Origin: Cyanophora paradoxa CCMP329
Lineage: Eukaryota; Plantae; Glaucophyta
Direction: 5' to 3'
DNA length: 64,000 nt
Assembly: GCA_004431415.1 (NCBI GenBank)
Contig: QPMI01000261.1
Coordinates: forward strand, 54,827-118,826
In this document: piece after piece, positions 1-12,900 of the stretch
How the letters are laid out: each line of letters begins with the position of its first letter
Numbering within the stretch: position 1 is the first letter of the stretch
Notes under the pieces: model-generated
The model's database searches: none
Told to the model about the DNA's origin: nothing
The model's input: only the letters and a program-made list of their open reading frames with translations
Made by a program: the position numbers and the translations under genes

Positions 1-1321
1 GCCCCGCCGACGAGGCCCCGCGCGCCGCCCCGCCGCCCCGGCCCTACCGCGGCGGCGTGCGCGGCGGCGGGCGGGCGCGGCGGCGGGCCGTACGTGAGCT
101 TCGTGCTCGCGGCGCCGGCGGGGGCGGCCGGGGCGGCGCGCCTCCAGCTCTTCGTCGACGCGACGGCGGCGCTGTGCAGCCGGTGCGCGGGCGGGGCGCG
201 GGGCGGAGCTTTGGTGCGGGACCGACGGGGGTGCAGGACGGGCCTGGAGGCGGAGCTGGTGGTGGTGGAGGGGCCCCCGCGGGGGGCGAGGGCCGCGCGG
301 CCGACGGGGTGCGCTGGGGGGCCACCAACGCCACCCTCCTCCCGACGCGCCTCCTCTCCGTCCCCGAGGAGGCCCTCCCCCGTGCGCCCCACGCGCCCCT
401 CCACCCGCTGCCCGGCCCTGGGGCGACGGCGGGCAGGGGCGGGGGGCGGGGAGGCGCGCTGGGCGGCGCTGGTGAACGCCGGCGTGCGGCGGGCGCGCGG
501 CGAGTTCGTCTTCGTCACCAACCACGTGCGCCGCCGCCGGCGCGGGGCGGGGCGGGCGGGCGGGCGGGCGGGCGAGCGGGCGGGCGGGGCGCAGGACGTG
601 GTGCTCTCGGAGGCGCTGGCGGCGGCGCTCGCGACGCGCGCCCTCCGCCCCGACGCCGTCTACCTCGCCCGCTCCTTCGCCGCCCGCGCCCTCCTCCCCG
701 TCCCCGCCCGCACCCCCGCCCCGCCCGCCCCGCCCCGGCTCACGAAGGCGCGCGCGCAGCCGGGGATGCCGCTGGAGGAGCTGCTGCGGGCGTGCATGGA
801 CGGCGGCGTCGCGGCGCCGGCGCCCCACCTCGGCGTCCCGCGCGAGCAGTGGCGCGCGGCGGCGGCGCGCGCGGCGGCGCTGCACGGGCCGGCGCTCGAC
901 GTGTCGGACCCCGCCGACGTGCTCGTCGACCAGCCGCAGGACGGCCTCCTCCTCCACCGCACCGCCTGGTGCGCCCCCGCGCCCCCACCGCCCGCGCCCC
1001 GCCCTCACCACGCCCCGCAGGTGCCTGCTGCGGGGGTGCCGGAGGGGCGGCGGCGGGGAGCGCGCAGGAGCGGGGGCGGCGGTGGTGGCGATGGCCGTGG
1101 CGCGCGGCCTCCGCCCCGTGCTCTTCAACGCCCCCGCCGCCCTCTTCCGCCTCGCGCCCGCCCCGGGGGCCCCCGGGAGCCCCGAGGCGGCCTTCCCTCC
1201 GCGGGTGCACATCCCGGGCCCCGAGGCGCTGCACGCCGCCCGCACGCGGCCCTTCGCCCTCGCCAACCCCGACCCCTGGGGGCTCCCCTCCCACCCCGCC
1301 CTCCGCGAGACCCCCGCCTAG
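1..1321 (+). CDS. Glycosyltransferase family 2-like (GT-A fold) protein, 5' truncated, multi-exon
   Basis: Spliced peptides YVSFVLA, ELVVVEG, LVNAGVRRARGEFVFVTN|HDVVLS and C-terminal NPDPWGL; GTGCGC..GCAG introns; TAG at 1319-1321. Confidence 0.6.
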
Positions 1322-1712
1322 CTGCACGCCCGCCCACTCGCCTCCACGCCGAAGCTCTCGTGCCCTCTTCCGTCCTCCATTCTAGGTGGAAAGGACCCCT
1401 GCCGCAGTGCAGCCTGGAGCCCTGCATTACGGCGGGCGCGGCTGAGGGGGGGAAACTGAGGGGGGGGGGGGGGGGGGGCGGAAGCTGAGGGGGGGGGGAG
1501 CTGAGGGGGGCGAGGGAAGACGCGGAGCTCGTTGCTTGCTTGCTACTGAGTTAGCCGCTGAGCAGTCCGCAGCTAATTCGCACGCTGGGCCAGTGGTGCC
1601 CCCTTCATCAACGGGCTGGAAGCATCCTCCAGAGCCGTGGAATCAGTAGTGTAGTAATTCGTAGCGCGATGAGCTTAGCCACAGCATTAAGCGAATAGCC
1701 GAGCCGGGCGCA

Positions 1713-2461
1713 ATGGGCGGATGCGCTTCTCAACCCCGTGTGAATCAGGAGCCCCTCAGCGTCCCACAAGCCCCCAGACCGGCACCGCAGCAGCTAGAGA
1801 CGCCGTCCCAGCCTGCAGAACCTCCTCCAGCGATTCTGCCGTCCCAGCCTGCAGAACCTCCTCCTGCAGAAGAGCCTCCTGGATTGGCAGGAACGGAGCC
1901 CGTCTCCGACGCTGTGATCGAGACTCGGGCGCCAGAGCCGCAGAAAGAGATTTTCAATGAAGAGCTCGTTGCAATTCTCCGTAAGGAGGAAGCGAGGACT
2001 CCCCTGGAATGGGCCCGCGTGCGCGCTCAGGCGCAGCGATCCTCCGCGACCCGTGCGGTGCGCGGCGCGCGCCCGCTGCGAGAGGATGCGCTTTATTGAC
2101 CGCGCTGCAGCGACTGTGGGAGGAGATCGTCTCGTGGGAGTGCCGGTCGACGCTGAGGGGCCCGGGAAGCAACGGGGCGACCATGCAGAGCGCCGCCTTC
2201 GCCGCGCGCCTGCTGAAGGAGGGTCCGCCCCTGCCGCCCCCGCGCTCGCCCCGCCCGGGCATCCCTCTGATCCGCATGCCAGCCGGCGAAACGGATGTGG
2301 ACAAGCGGTGGCAGAAGCTGCAGCGGGAGGCGCCGGCGCCGTTGGACGTGGGCGGGGCGGGGCCCCGGCGGGGCATGAGCGGCGGCGAGGCGGCGGCGGC
2401 GGCGGCGGCGGGCGGGGCGATCCTCGGCGTCCTCTCGGCCTTGTCCTTCGCCAGCACATAG
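1713..2461 (+). CDS. Hypothetical protein with MGGCAS N-terminus (likely myristoyl/palmitoyl anchor) and hydrophobic C-terminus; one intron at about 2058-2110
   Basis: A phase-0 GT..CAG intron joins ORF 1713 to RLWEEIVSW...; duplicated PSQPAEPPPA motif. Confidence 0.6.
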
Positions 2462-3868
2462 CTCCGCCACCGCCACGCGCAGCGTGGCCCCCACTCGCCA
2501 GCCCTCCTAGCCGGCGCCCTGTGCCCACAGACGATACGTATACTATACTGCCTTCCCAGTATATTTCCTTTAGTTTTCAGTTCAGACTATCATTCAGTTT
2601 TCCAATCGATATCGAGAGATCTAGATCTAGACTCTCCGAGCTCGCCGAGTCGAGGCTCGCGCGCGCTCGCCGAGTCGCGTGCAAGTGGGCTCCAGCCGGC
2701 CCGGGCGGACGCGCCCCAGGCCTAGCTATAGGCTAGGCCTGCGCATGCAAGCGCAGACTGCAGCTGCTGCCTGATCGCGCGCCGCCGGGCCAGCGCTAGC
2801 ACTGCGCTTAAAGCTTCCACTAGCTATAGCTATAGCTATAGCTATATATAGCTAGCCGCTGAGCGCGCGCTAGATCGGTGCTCGGTGCGGTGCATCGGCG
2901 GGGGTAGATACTGCTGAGGGACACGGCGCCCACGTGTTGTCGTGCCCTCAGCCCTGGCAGCCGCGGCGCCGGCGCCGCGGCCCGGCGGCCGGGCGCGCGT
3001 TTGCAATTGATCATCGGATCAGATGATCATGAAGCTTTAAGCCGGCGGTGAGTTCGGGTTGATTGGGGCCGAGTTCGAATTCGCGATCGATCACCGGTAC
3101 CTGCGCATGCAGACTGCAGTTGCCAGTTTCGGGGTACAGTCGCTTCTGGAAAGGCACCCAAAGTTCTGGCGGGTTCTTCCGTTCTGCCGCACCAGCAAGC
3201 CAGCAAGCCCTGCAATCGGAGTTCTAGATCTCAACATCTAGATAGTCTCTCGGCCGCCTTAGCTTCCCGCCGGAGACACTCAAAAGGCCGGTGGCGACAA
3301 ATCATCGCCAGCAAGCAGGTCCGCTCATTCGTGTTGATCGCCGGGCAGCAGAGTGTGGGAATGACCAACTAAACCGGCTGGGAGTCCCCGCGGCGGCCAT
3401 TTGGACGGTCTAGACGTTGATCGGCCTCCCCAACGAACTATCATAGTGGGTCTCGCACATCGGAAAGAGATCAGCGGCGTGAAATGCTCTAGATGTGGGT
3501 TGGATTAGCACCTAAAGACGACCTGAGCCGGCGACGGCGGCCTGGGCCGGCACCTTGATCGAACGCTCGCTGAGCCGTCGTCATCCGACGCAGGTCGTCC
3601 AGACCTCCCAGCGAGTTTTTACTCGCATCATGGACATTGAACAAACCTTTGGGTGCGTCTTGCGCAGTCCCGCGCAGCCGGCGTTTCGCGTGATAACTGA
3701 ATGTACCTGGTCGCATCTCCAGCCGTCGGCGCGCATCTCCGGAACCCTTTGATCGGCCGACTTCCCGAGATGTCTTGAGTAGTCGTGTGCGCTCTCGCAG
3801 TGCCTCTTACCCCGACGAGACGAAATCGAGGGTCCGCAAAGTTTGCCCGCCATCCGATCACTTCTGAC

Positions 3869-4473
3869 ATGGGTCCTCAGACGCCCTCACCGACGTTCAC
3901 AACCTTTGGTCCTGGCGTGGATGAGGATGAAGGCATCCCGAGTAAAGCTCGGCGCACGGCGCAGACACCCAGTCCACTATCCTTCGCCTCGAACTTCGGC
4001 CATCGCACGGACGAGGCGGATTCTGATGCGGACAATCACGATTCGGAGCGTTCCTGCGATCATTGCGGTGAGCTGTTCGGGGCTGACCGCGCCAGCACCA
4101 CTTTCGCAGCGCCCGTTTGACCGCCGTCGCCGCAGGGTCCAAGCACACCTCGCAGTGGCGCAAGGGGCCCAACGGCGCGAACACGCTTTGCAACGCGTGC
4201 GGTCTGCACTGGAGCAGATCGCAGAAGCGGGGCGGGCGGAGTCAGACGCGGAACGTGACGCCGCCGGCGAAGCCCGCGGCGGTGCGCCCCGCGGCGCTCA
4301 CGCCGGCCGCCACGGAGGTCTCCGCCTCGCCCATCGCCTTTCCCGCGACGGCGGCGCGGCCTGCATCGCCCCTTCCCGCCGGCTTCTCGATCCTCCTCGC
4401 CGCCGCCGCCCGCGTCGACGGCGGCTTCGACTCGGCTTCTTTCATTCGCACCCAGCGATCCATCCTTGCCTAA
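3869..4473 (+). CDS. GATA zinc-finger transcription factor
   Basis: Removing intron 4068-4135 gives [30 protein letters not shown] (C-X2-C-X18-C-X2-C). Confidence 0.9.
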
Positions 4474-4786
4474 TATAAGCAGATGCGATCGACAGTATGC
4501 AGGAGCCATCCTGCTTGCCAGCAGTTGTTCATGTGATTTTCAGTCAGCGTACCTTTCTGCTTTGCAACTCCAGCAGTGAAATTATTTACCCTTTCTCATG
4601 CCCTTTCGTGTTTGTTGCTCCCCGTTTATTATGCTAGGCTCTTTGTATGGCGTTCGTCATGTGACGGCTGGACGAGCCACAGTCAGCCCTTTAAGCAGTG
4701 CACAATCTTTGTGTGAATATCGTATCATAGCAGCTACCTGTTTGTCACCTACCCAGAGTCCCCCTGTACTAATATACGCTTTGCTT

Positions 4787-7624
4787 CTATATTGGTTTGA
4801 AGTCGTCGCCTTCGGGCGCCTCTGCATTCGCTTCGGGGGCGACCTTGGGGCCGCCGCCGCCTTCCCGCGGGAGGGGCTCCGGGGCCCGCGAGAGCCACTT
4901 GGGCTGCCCGGGGGGCTTCGGAGGGTCCGCCCAGCCCTCCTTGGGGGTCGGCGGAAGCCAGAAGCGGCCGGCCGGCTGCGCGGGGTGAGGCTGGGCGGGG
5001 CGGGCGGGGCGGGGCGGGCGGGGCGGGCCTTGGGGGCACTGATGGCCTGCACGCCGCTCTGCTCGACGAAAAGGCCGCCGGCCGGGGGCGCCACCCCCAC
5101 CCCGGGGTCCTTCTCCGACACCTGCCGCCCCGTTGCCCCCGCGCCGCTCCGCGGCGCCCCGCCCCCGCACGCACCCAGGGGCCGACGGGCCGCTTCTCGG
5201 CCTCGGCGAGGGGCGCGTCGCCCTTGCCGTCGCTCGCGAGGGTGCGGGGGGCGTCGGCGACGCGGGAGGGGCGGAACCAGCGGGCGCTGAGGGGGCAGCA
5301 GGCGACGAGGGCGAGGGCGGCGGCGGCGACGACCAGCACGACGCCCCGCCGAAGAACCCGGCTGCACCCGGTCCGCTGCCGCCCCCCCCCCCCCCCGCTC
5401 GCCCCGGCCCCCGCCTCGCAGCGCGCCGCCGGCGGGCCGGGCCGCGCACCAGTGAGTGTGTAGTTGACGGGGATGGTGAAGTAGGTGCGCGCCTCGGTCG
5501 CCACGCTCAGGTTCACCTGAGGCGGCTTCGTGGGAGGCGGCGGGGCGGCGGGGGCGGCGGGGCGGACGGCGACGGGCTGGTAGGGTGTCTGGGGGAAGAA
5601 GGGGTCCGCGAGGCGGGGGTAGTGCCTGCTGAGCTCCGCGGCGTCGGGGGTCACGCACTGCACGAAGTTCTCCCGCCCCACGCTCCTGATCCCCGTCACC
5701 TGCGCCCCGCCGCGTCCCTCCCTGCCCGGCCCCGCCCCCGCGAGGCGGCGCTCGCCTTGCCCTCCACCGTGAAGTTGAGCTCCGACTCGGGCGCCCGCCC
5801 CGAGATGCGGCACGTCAGGTTCAGCTTCGCGAACTGCGCCCGACCCGCCCGTAAGCGTCGCCACGCCGGGGCGCGGCGGGGCGGGCGCCTGGTTGGGGCT
5901 GGGGACGCTGTAGCCGCCCACAAGGACCTCGACGCTGCCGCGGATGCCGCCCTTGCGCGGCGCCATCCCCTCGAAGAGGTCTGCGCCCCCGCCTCGGCCC
6001 CCGCCCCGCGGCGCGCGAGCGCGGGGGGCGCGCACAGCCGGGGCGGGTGATCTGGTAGAGGAGCTGGGCGGAGGTGGTGACCTTGCGCTTGCGGAACCAG
6101 TTCACGGTGTCGTACTCGATCGACTCGAACTGGATGTTCGCCCCCGAGTCCGGCCCCGGGTCGATTGAGTTGACCAGCAGCGTCCCTGGCGGGGCCTCGG
6201 CGCCGCCCCGCACCCCGCCTGCCCCGCGGCCGGCGGCGCACCGTCGCCGGCGTAGAAGGAGGTGCGGAACGGGTGCACGTACCTGCGCCCCGCGTCGGCA
6301 GCCGGGGCGGGGCGGGGCGGCGCGGGGCGCGGGGCGGGGCGGGGCGGGGCCGGGGGCGGACTCGAGGTCCTGCTCGAGGTAGCGCTGGCGGCGGCCGGTG
6401 TCGGCGTCGTAGGCGACCACCTGCGGGCGGCCCACCGACGTGTCGTACCCTGCCGGGCCCCCCGCGTCGCCGGGGCGCGGGGCGCGGGGGCGCGGGGGCG
6501 CGGGGGCACCGAGGGCGACGACGCGGGAGCGCTCGGGGTCGAAGTTGAGGGAGGTGACGCGGGCGGGGACCGCCACGAAGCGCGCCGTCCCGTTCTCCAC
6601 CGCCACGCTCACCAGCAGGTTCTCCCCCGAGCTCCCGTTGTACATCGTGCAGTAGTACACCGCCGTCGCCGGGTTCAGCGCCGCTGCCCGCCCCGTCAGC
6701 CGCGCGGCGCGGGGCGCGGGGCGGGGCCGGCGCACAGGGCCCCGGGACGATGGCGAGCTCGGGGGGGAAGATGTACTTCGCCGTTGCCTGCGCCAGGTCG
6801 ATCTGCGCCCCGCCCCGTCGCGCGCGCCGCAGCCCGGCGCGGCGCGGCGCGGGCCGGGCCTCGAAGGCGATGAGGGCGGAGCGGTCGGTTGGGAGGGCGG
6901 GCTGGGAGCTGTCGGCGCCGCCGCCGTCAGTGGTGAGGGTGGAGACGACGGTGCCGACGGCGGCGGAGATCCATCGGGAGGCGAGGCCGTAGATGGTGCG
7001 CCGCTCCTCGTGGTACTCCCAGTTCGAGCGCAGGTACGGCACCCGCTGCTCCGTCCACGTCCCGTCCCTGCGCCCCGCTCGCCCCGGCCCCGGCCCCGCC
7101 CCGCGCCCCGCACCGGATGTCCACCACCCGGATGAAGCCCTGCGGCGCGCCGCTCGGCGCGGGGCTTGGGGGGCGGGGGCGGGGGCGGGGCGGGCCTGGG
7201 GCGTCTGGTAGAGGAACTGGACGCGCTCCGTGTCGAAGGCGGTGCAGCCGTGGACGATCGGCTGGTTCATCGCCTCGTCCAGGTTCGTCAGCGGCACAAC
7301 CTCCCCGCTATCGTGCACCGCCACCCACCACGTGCTGCCCCCGTCCCTCAGCTCCAGCCCCGGCGGAGGCCACGGTGCGGCCCTAGGCGCGCGCTTGCCT
7401 GCCCCTCAGCTTGGCGATGCCGTACGTGATGCTTGCCATGTCCGGCGTAGGCGTTGGCTCTGCAGGCGACTTAGGGCGCACTTAGAGCTAGGGCGGGTGC
7501 CGCCACCTTGCGCGTGGCCGTAGCTCCAAAGCAGACATGAGGCAAGTAGCATCCACTTAACTATGGAGGCGTGCCGCTGCACAGTCCAGCAAGCCCGTCC
7601 CACAGGGGGCAGCGGCCTTGCCAT
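4787..7624 (-). CDS. Type I membrane protein: signal peptide, probable beta-propeller, IPT/TIG-like domain, TM helix, Pro/Ser-rich tail
   Basis: N-terminal WMLLASCLLWSYGHA; blade-like segments such as VTSLNFDPERSRVVALG; MAPRKGGIRGSVEVLVGG resembles an IPT start; TM VLVVAAAALALVACC; many GT/GC-AG introns. Confidence 0.65.
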
Positions 7625-7905
7625 GCTGGCTCCGCTTGACGCAGGAGTCCTGGAGCCAGCAAGTTTGTTTTCAGCCCTTGCCGCCTCATATAGAGCGTGA
7701 AAGCGCTACGCCATCGCCGCCGTGGCACCGCAGCCGGCCCTGCGGCAGTTGCTCAAGCTTTTGGTACTGTTGAAGCGTAGGTAAATCTCTATACGTAAAT
7801 AAGGAGCTCGCGGCGCTCGCAAGCGGAGGACGGCTGCAGGGTGCTGATGAGCCGTACCCAGGCAACTTTGTCGTACCCAAACCGAGGTTGCGGATCGAAG
7901 AGCGA

Positions 7906-9491
7906 ATGAGTGCCGCAGACGTTGCGAGTCCCGCAGAGGGCGCCGATGTGGCGGTGCGCACGCGCTTCTCTCCCCTTCCAGGCGCGCCGCGAATTGCTGA
8001 CAAACTTCGCCCATCCAAAGCCGCCGTCGCGGTATTTCAACCGCAAGCGCCGCGGATCTGTTAGTGCCGAATGCGATACTGCGAACCCGGAGGATGCGTT
8101 GCCCAAGCGCGTGTTTCCGAAGACAGAAGAGGAGAAGGTTTGTGACCCGCTCGGGCTTCTTTCGGGTGCTGGCGGTGTGTTTCGACGCTAATTACACATT
8201 TCTCGTTTCTCAGCGCCGGATAGAGAAGTCCATCGCCAACAATATCCTGTTCTCGCACTTGGACGACGCGCAGCGGAAAGAAGTGTTCGAGGCCATGTTC
8301 GAGGCCGCTAAGAAGGCGGGCGAGGTCGTTATCAAGCAGGGTTCGCACCGCGCGGCTGCTGGGTGCAAGCCCGCTGTTCTTATGTGGGGGAACTTCCCGA
8401 CCCGCGTAGGCGATGAGGGCGACAACTTCTACCTTGTTGATAGCGGCACCTTCGATGTTTATGTGAAGAAGGAGGACAAGGATGCGCTGGTTCTCACTCT
8501 CCAGGATGGCGGCAGCTTCGGTGAACTCGCGCTCATGTACAACTGTCCACGCGCTGCCACCGTGAAGGTTTGTCGCTCTCCGTGGAGTACGACATGGTCT
8601 TCACCTGCGGTTTGCAGGCACGCACCGACGGCAAGCTCTGGGCAATGGACCGTGCTACGTTCCGGCGGATTCTTATGGACACGACCAGCCGCAAGCGGAA
8701 GCAGTACGAGGACTTCCTTAAGAACGTGCCTCTTCTTGGTTCGCCGGAGATCCAGCTACTCAAGCCTCGTGTTGATCTGCTGCTGACATGCTTTGCTGCG
8801 CAGCTTCTATGGACTTCTACGAGCGTTGCACGATCGCGGATGCTTTGATGCCGGTCACTTTCAAGAAGGGCGAGACGGTTATCAACCAGGGCGACATTGG
8901 TGATGTGTTCTACATCATCGAGGAGGTGCGTGGGTTGCGGGTGCTAAGCTGAGGCCCTCTGGCACGTTCATTTCAAGGGAAATCTCTAATATACGACGGG
9001 CTGCAGGGCGATGCCGTTGCGAAGAAGGCACCCGCGGAAGGCGGCCCCGCCGTCGAGGTGATGCGCTTGAAGAAGGGTGCAGACCCCCCGCCCCTACCGA
9101 CGAGCGCCAGCGCGTGACTGTCCGCGCCGCCAGGTGACTACTTCGGAGAGCTGTCGCTCCTTACCGATAAGCCTCGCGCCGCGTCCGTCGTGGCGGTCTC
9201 CGACCTGGCGTGCGTATCTCTGGACCGGAACTCTTTCGTCCGCCTCTTGGGGCCCGTCGACGAGATCCTCAAGCGCAACATGGCGCAGTACAGTGCGCAT
9301 CCCCCATCGTTTTTGGGCCCGTATTTTTCGTGTCGCGGCGTCCGCCGCTCTGAGCCTCGACCGCCGCCACTTCGGCTGCTGTTGCCATAGCTTTGTTCCT
9401 TCCCCTCGCGGTCACGAGCTGATTCCAGCTTTCCATTGCAGAGAAGTACGAGGACGTCGTGGCAGGCGGTGCCTCCTCCGCGCAGCACTAA
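7906..9491 (+). CDS. PKAR: cAMP-dependent protein kinase regulatory subunit (two CNB domains); start uncertain
   Basis: Inhibitor site KRRGSVSAE; phosphate-binding cassettes [18 protein letters not shown] and [18 protein letters not shown]; TAA at 9489-9491. Confidence 0.95.
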
Positions 9492-9807
9492 GCAGACTGC
9501 GACTCACGCCGCCGGCAACCTCGACTGCGCCATCTGCTCCCCCGCTGGCTTTGGCGCGACGGATATCCCGATAGGCGTTGCTCTTCTGGGAACTTGACGT
9601 TTTGTATTGGTGGCTTGCCGTAGTTCTTCTGATCGTCCACGCTGCTGCAACATGTACATGTAAATGCGGATCAGCGCCGCCCCTTCCAGCTCTCCTTGAT
9701 ATCAGCATGCACTCTGAATCTGATAGAAGCATAAACAGCGTCCGTGCGACGTTCGGCGGGCGCCGCTAACGAGCGAAGACTAGTACTGGGCCCCCGGCCC
9801 ACCTCCC

Positions 9808-9840
<33 letters not shown>

Positions 9841-9910
9841 TTGACCTGGGCCCGCGTACGTATACTGCGAGCTCCTCGCTTGCTGGGTCGTCGTCAATTC
9901 CGGCCCATCG

Positions 9911-12900
9911 ATGGAGGGCGCCAGCGAGCGGGAGCGGGAACAGCAGCGGATTGACGAACGAGAGCGCTTGCGCGTTGAGACAGGTTCTGGCTACGCCCTC
10001 GAGATCCCCGAAGGCATGAGCACGCACGAAGTCGTCGCTCGCGGTGAGCTCTCCTTATGCGCATGTGGCGGTGACAGCTCGCGCTCGCGCCATTTGCCTC
10101 GCCGCCTGCCTGCAGAGATTCGGTTCCGCGCGCTGGTAATGAGCTCCTTCCCGCCTACCCGTGCGCAGCGACGGAGCGAAGAAACAGTCTCGAAGGACAG
10201 CAGGCACGTATGCGCGATCGGCGCTTGCTATTTCCCCCAAGAGTCGTTCAGACGCTCATCGAATGCGTACGCAGGGAGCGGACGCTCAGGCGAAGAAGCG
10301 CGCCTATGAGGAGGTCATAGAGAAGCTTTCCGAGTCAGCGACGGCGCCTTCGCCTCGGCCCTCAAAGGCGGGCGAGTTTTTGTCGCCGTCGCCTATCCCG
10401 GAAGCGGGTCCAGATGCGGGCCTTCGGCGCGCGTCGGTCACGTCGCTAGGCAGCGTGGATCGTGACATGGAGTCTGAGCTCGCGGATGCGGGTGTCATCG
10501 CTGCGCCGAGCTTCGTCGGGGCAAGGGAGCCCAGGCCGCTCGGCGATGGCGACAAGCCAGGGCCAGCGCACACCGCCGGCGCGGCAGCAGCGCCGGCGCA
10601 GTGCGCGTGGTGCGCACCATCGCCGTCTCCGCCGGCGATCGCCGTCACGGTCATCCCGCCGCCGGAGGCCGCGAGGTCCAAGTCGCCTCCGCCGTCCCCC
10701 GCTACGGCGCCCTCGCCCTCGGCCCCCATGCTGCCGCACGGCCGCTCGTGCGCCCCGCCCCCGCGCCCCGCCGGGCGGCGCCGACGGGTGGTGCGGGGCG
10801 CAGGAAGAGCATCGTGTCGCGCAAGGCGGCGGTGCTGAAGCTGGAGAGCCCTATGGAGCGGGCGCGGCGCATCTTGGACGAGATGAAGGAGAAGTACAGT
10901 GCGCGGGGCGGGGCGGGGCGGGGCGGGGCGGGCGGGGCGGGGGCGTGAGGGCGGGGGGGCAGGCATGGCGGGGGAGGACCGGCGGGCCCTCGACGTCGCC
11001 CTCGGCCTCCTCACCAGCGACCGCCCCTTCCTCCCCAAGATCGTCGACCGCCTCGCCGCACCCTCCCCGCCCCTCCCCCGGCCCCCGCCCTCCCCGCTTC
11101 CCCCCTCCGCCCCGCCTACCCCCATCGCCTCGCCGCCGGCCCCCTCGCCGCCGCCAATCGGGCAGGCTCCGCGGGCGGGGCCGACGGTGTCGCCGGAGGC
11201 GGCTGCCTCGCGGGCCTCGTCGGGAACCGAGGAAGACGACGAGCCGGCGCGCTCCGACGACTATATCCTCGCCCCGCGCCCCGCCCGCGCCGCGCCGCCG
11301 GGCCGCGCCGCTGGGCGCGCTGGGCCCTTGACGCTGAGGCGGGGGCGCACTCGTGGACGAGCTCGAGCGCTGGCTCCTCTCCGAGTACAAGGTCCACGAG
11401 CGGGACAGGCCCCAGGCCCGCTCCCGCCGCGCCTCCGTCGCCGCCCCGCAGCCCGACGAGGAGCAGCGCCCGCGCCCCGCCGGCAAGCGCCGCTCCTCCG
11501 ACGAGTGCGCCGCCCGCGCGCCGCCGCCTCCGCCGGGGCCGAGGCGCCCGCAGGAGCAACATCAAGCACACCAAGCAGACGCACGTCCAGCTCAGCCTCG
11601 CCCTCGTCCTCAGCAACACGTCCGCCCCGCCCCGCCCCGCCCCGCCCTGCTCCGGGCGGGGGCGAAGGATGCGGCGGGGGCAGGGCGCAGGGGCAGCTGC
11701 GGGAGGTGCTGAGCACGACGGACGAGTGGGACTTCGACTGCTTCCGGCTGGCGGGGATCACGCGCGGGCGCCCGCTCTTCGCCTTCTCGTACATGCTCTT
11801 CCTGCGCTACGACTTCGTGCACAAGTTCAACTTCAAGGAGAAGGCCCTCCGCAACTTCCTCAAGGCCCTCGAGGACCGCTACCACGCCAACCCCTTCCAC
11901 AACTCCGCCCGCCCCCGCCCTCCGCCCCCGGCCCCGGCCCCCGCCCTGACCCCGCCCCAGACCCACGCCACCTGCGTCATGCACGCTTGCCACTACTTCC
12001 TCACCCGCTTCCCCCCTCTCCAATATCCTTGCTGCCGCCCCGCCCCGCGCCCGCGCCCGCGCCTGCGCCGGCGCCCGCCGGCTCCTCTCCGCACTGCCTC
12101 CTCGACCTGCCGCGGCACGCAGCTGAGCGACGTCCAGACCTTCGCCGTGCTCCTCGCCGCTGCCGCGCACGACATCGGGCACCCCGGTACGCCCCCCGCC
12201 CCCGGCCCCGGCCTCCGCCGCCGGTGCGGGGCGGGGGCGCGGGGGTGAGCGGGAGCGGGCGGGGGGCGGGGGCAGGGGTGAACAACACGTTCCTGGTGAA
12301 GACGGGGGCGGAGACGGCGATCGTGTACAACGACCGGTCGGTGCTGGAGAACTTCCACGCGTCGCAGCTCTTCGGGGTGGCGGTGAAGGAGGGCCTCTTC
12401 GCGGGCCTCCCCGAGGAGCGCTACCGCGAGCTCCGCTCCCTCGTCATCGACATGATCCTCGCCACCGGCCCGCCCCCGCGCCCCCCGCGCCCCGCCCCGC
12501 CCCGCCCCCTCTCACCCCCCGCCCCGCAGACATGACGCGCCACTTCGAGCTCCTCTCGTCGTTCAAGGGGCGGGTGACGACGCCCGGGGCGGCGCCGCTC
12601 GACATGAGCATCCCCGAGGACCGCTCCCTCGTCCTCCAGATCGTCATGAAGTGCGGTGCGCTTCATGCCTCCCCCGGCGCGGCGCATGGCATGGCGGGGG
12701 CGAGGGGGCGCGGGGGCAGCGGACGTGTGCAACCCGACGAAGGAGGTCGGGCAGATGCGCAAGTGGGTCGAGGTCCTCGTCGAGGAGTCCGCGCCCCGCC
12801 CCGCCCCGCCGCCCCCGCCCCGCCCCCAACCCCCCACCGCCCCAGGTTCTACGGCCAGGGCGACCGCGAGCGCGACGCCGGCATGCAAATCAGCCCTTTC

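Noticed and set aside
8242-8250. ATATCCTG resembling a U12 donor
   Set aside because: Lies within the conserved PKA-R coding motif NNILF; no intron is needed
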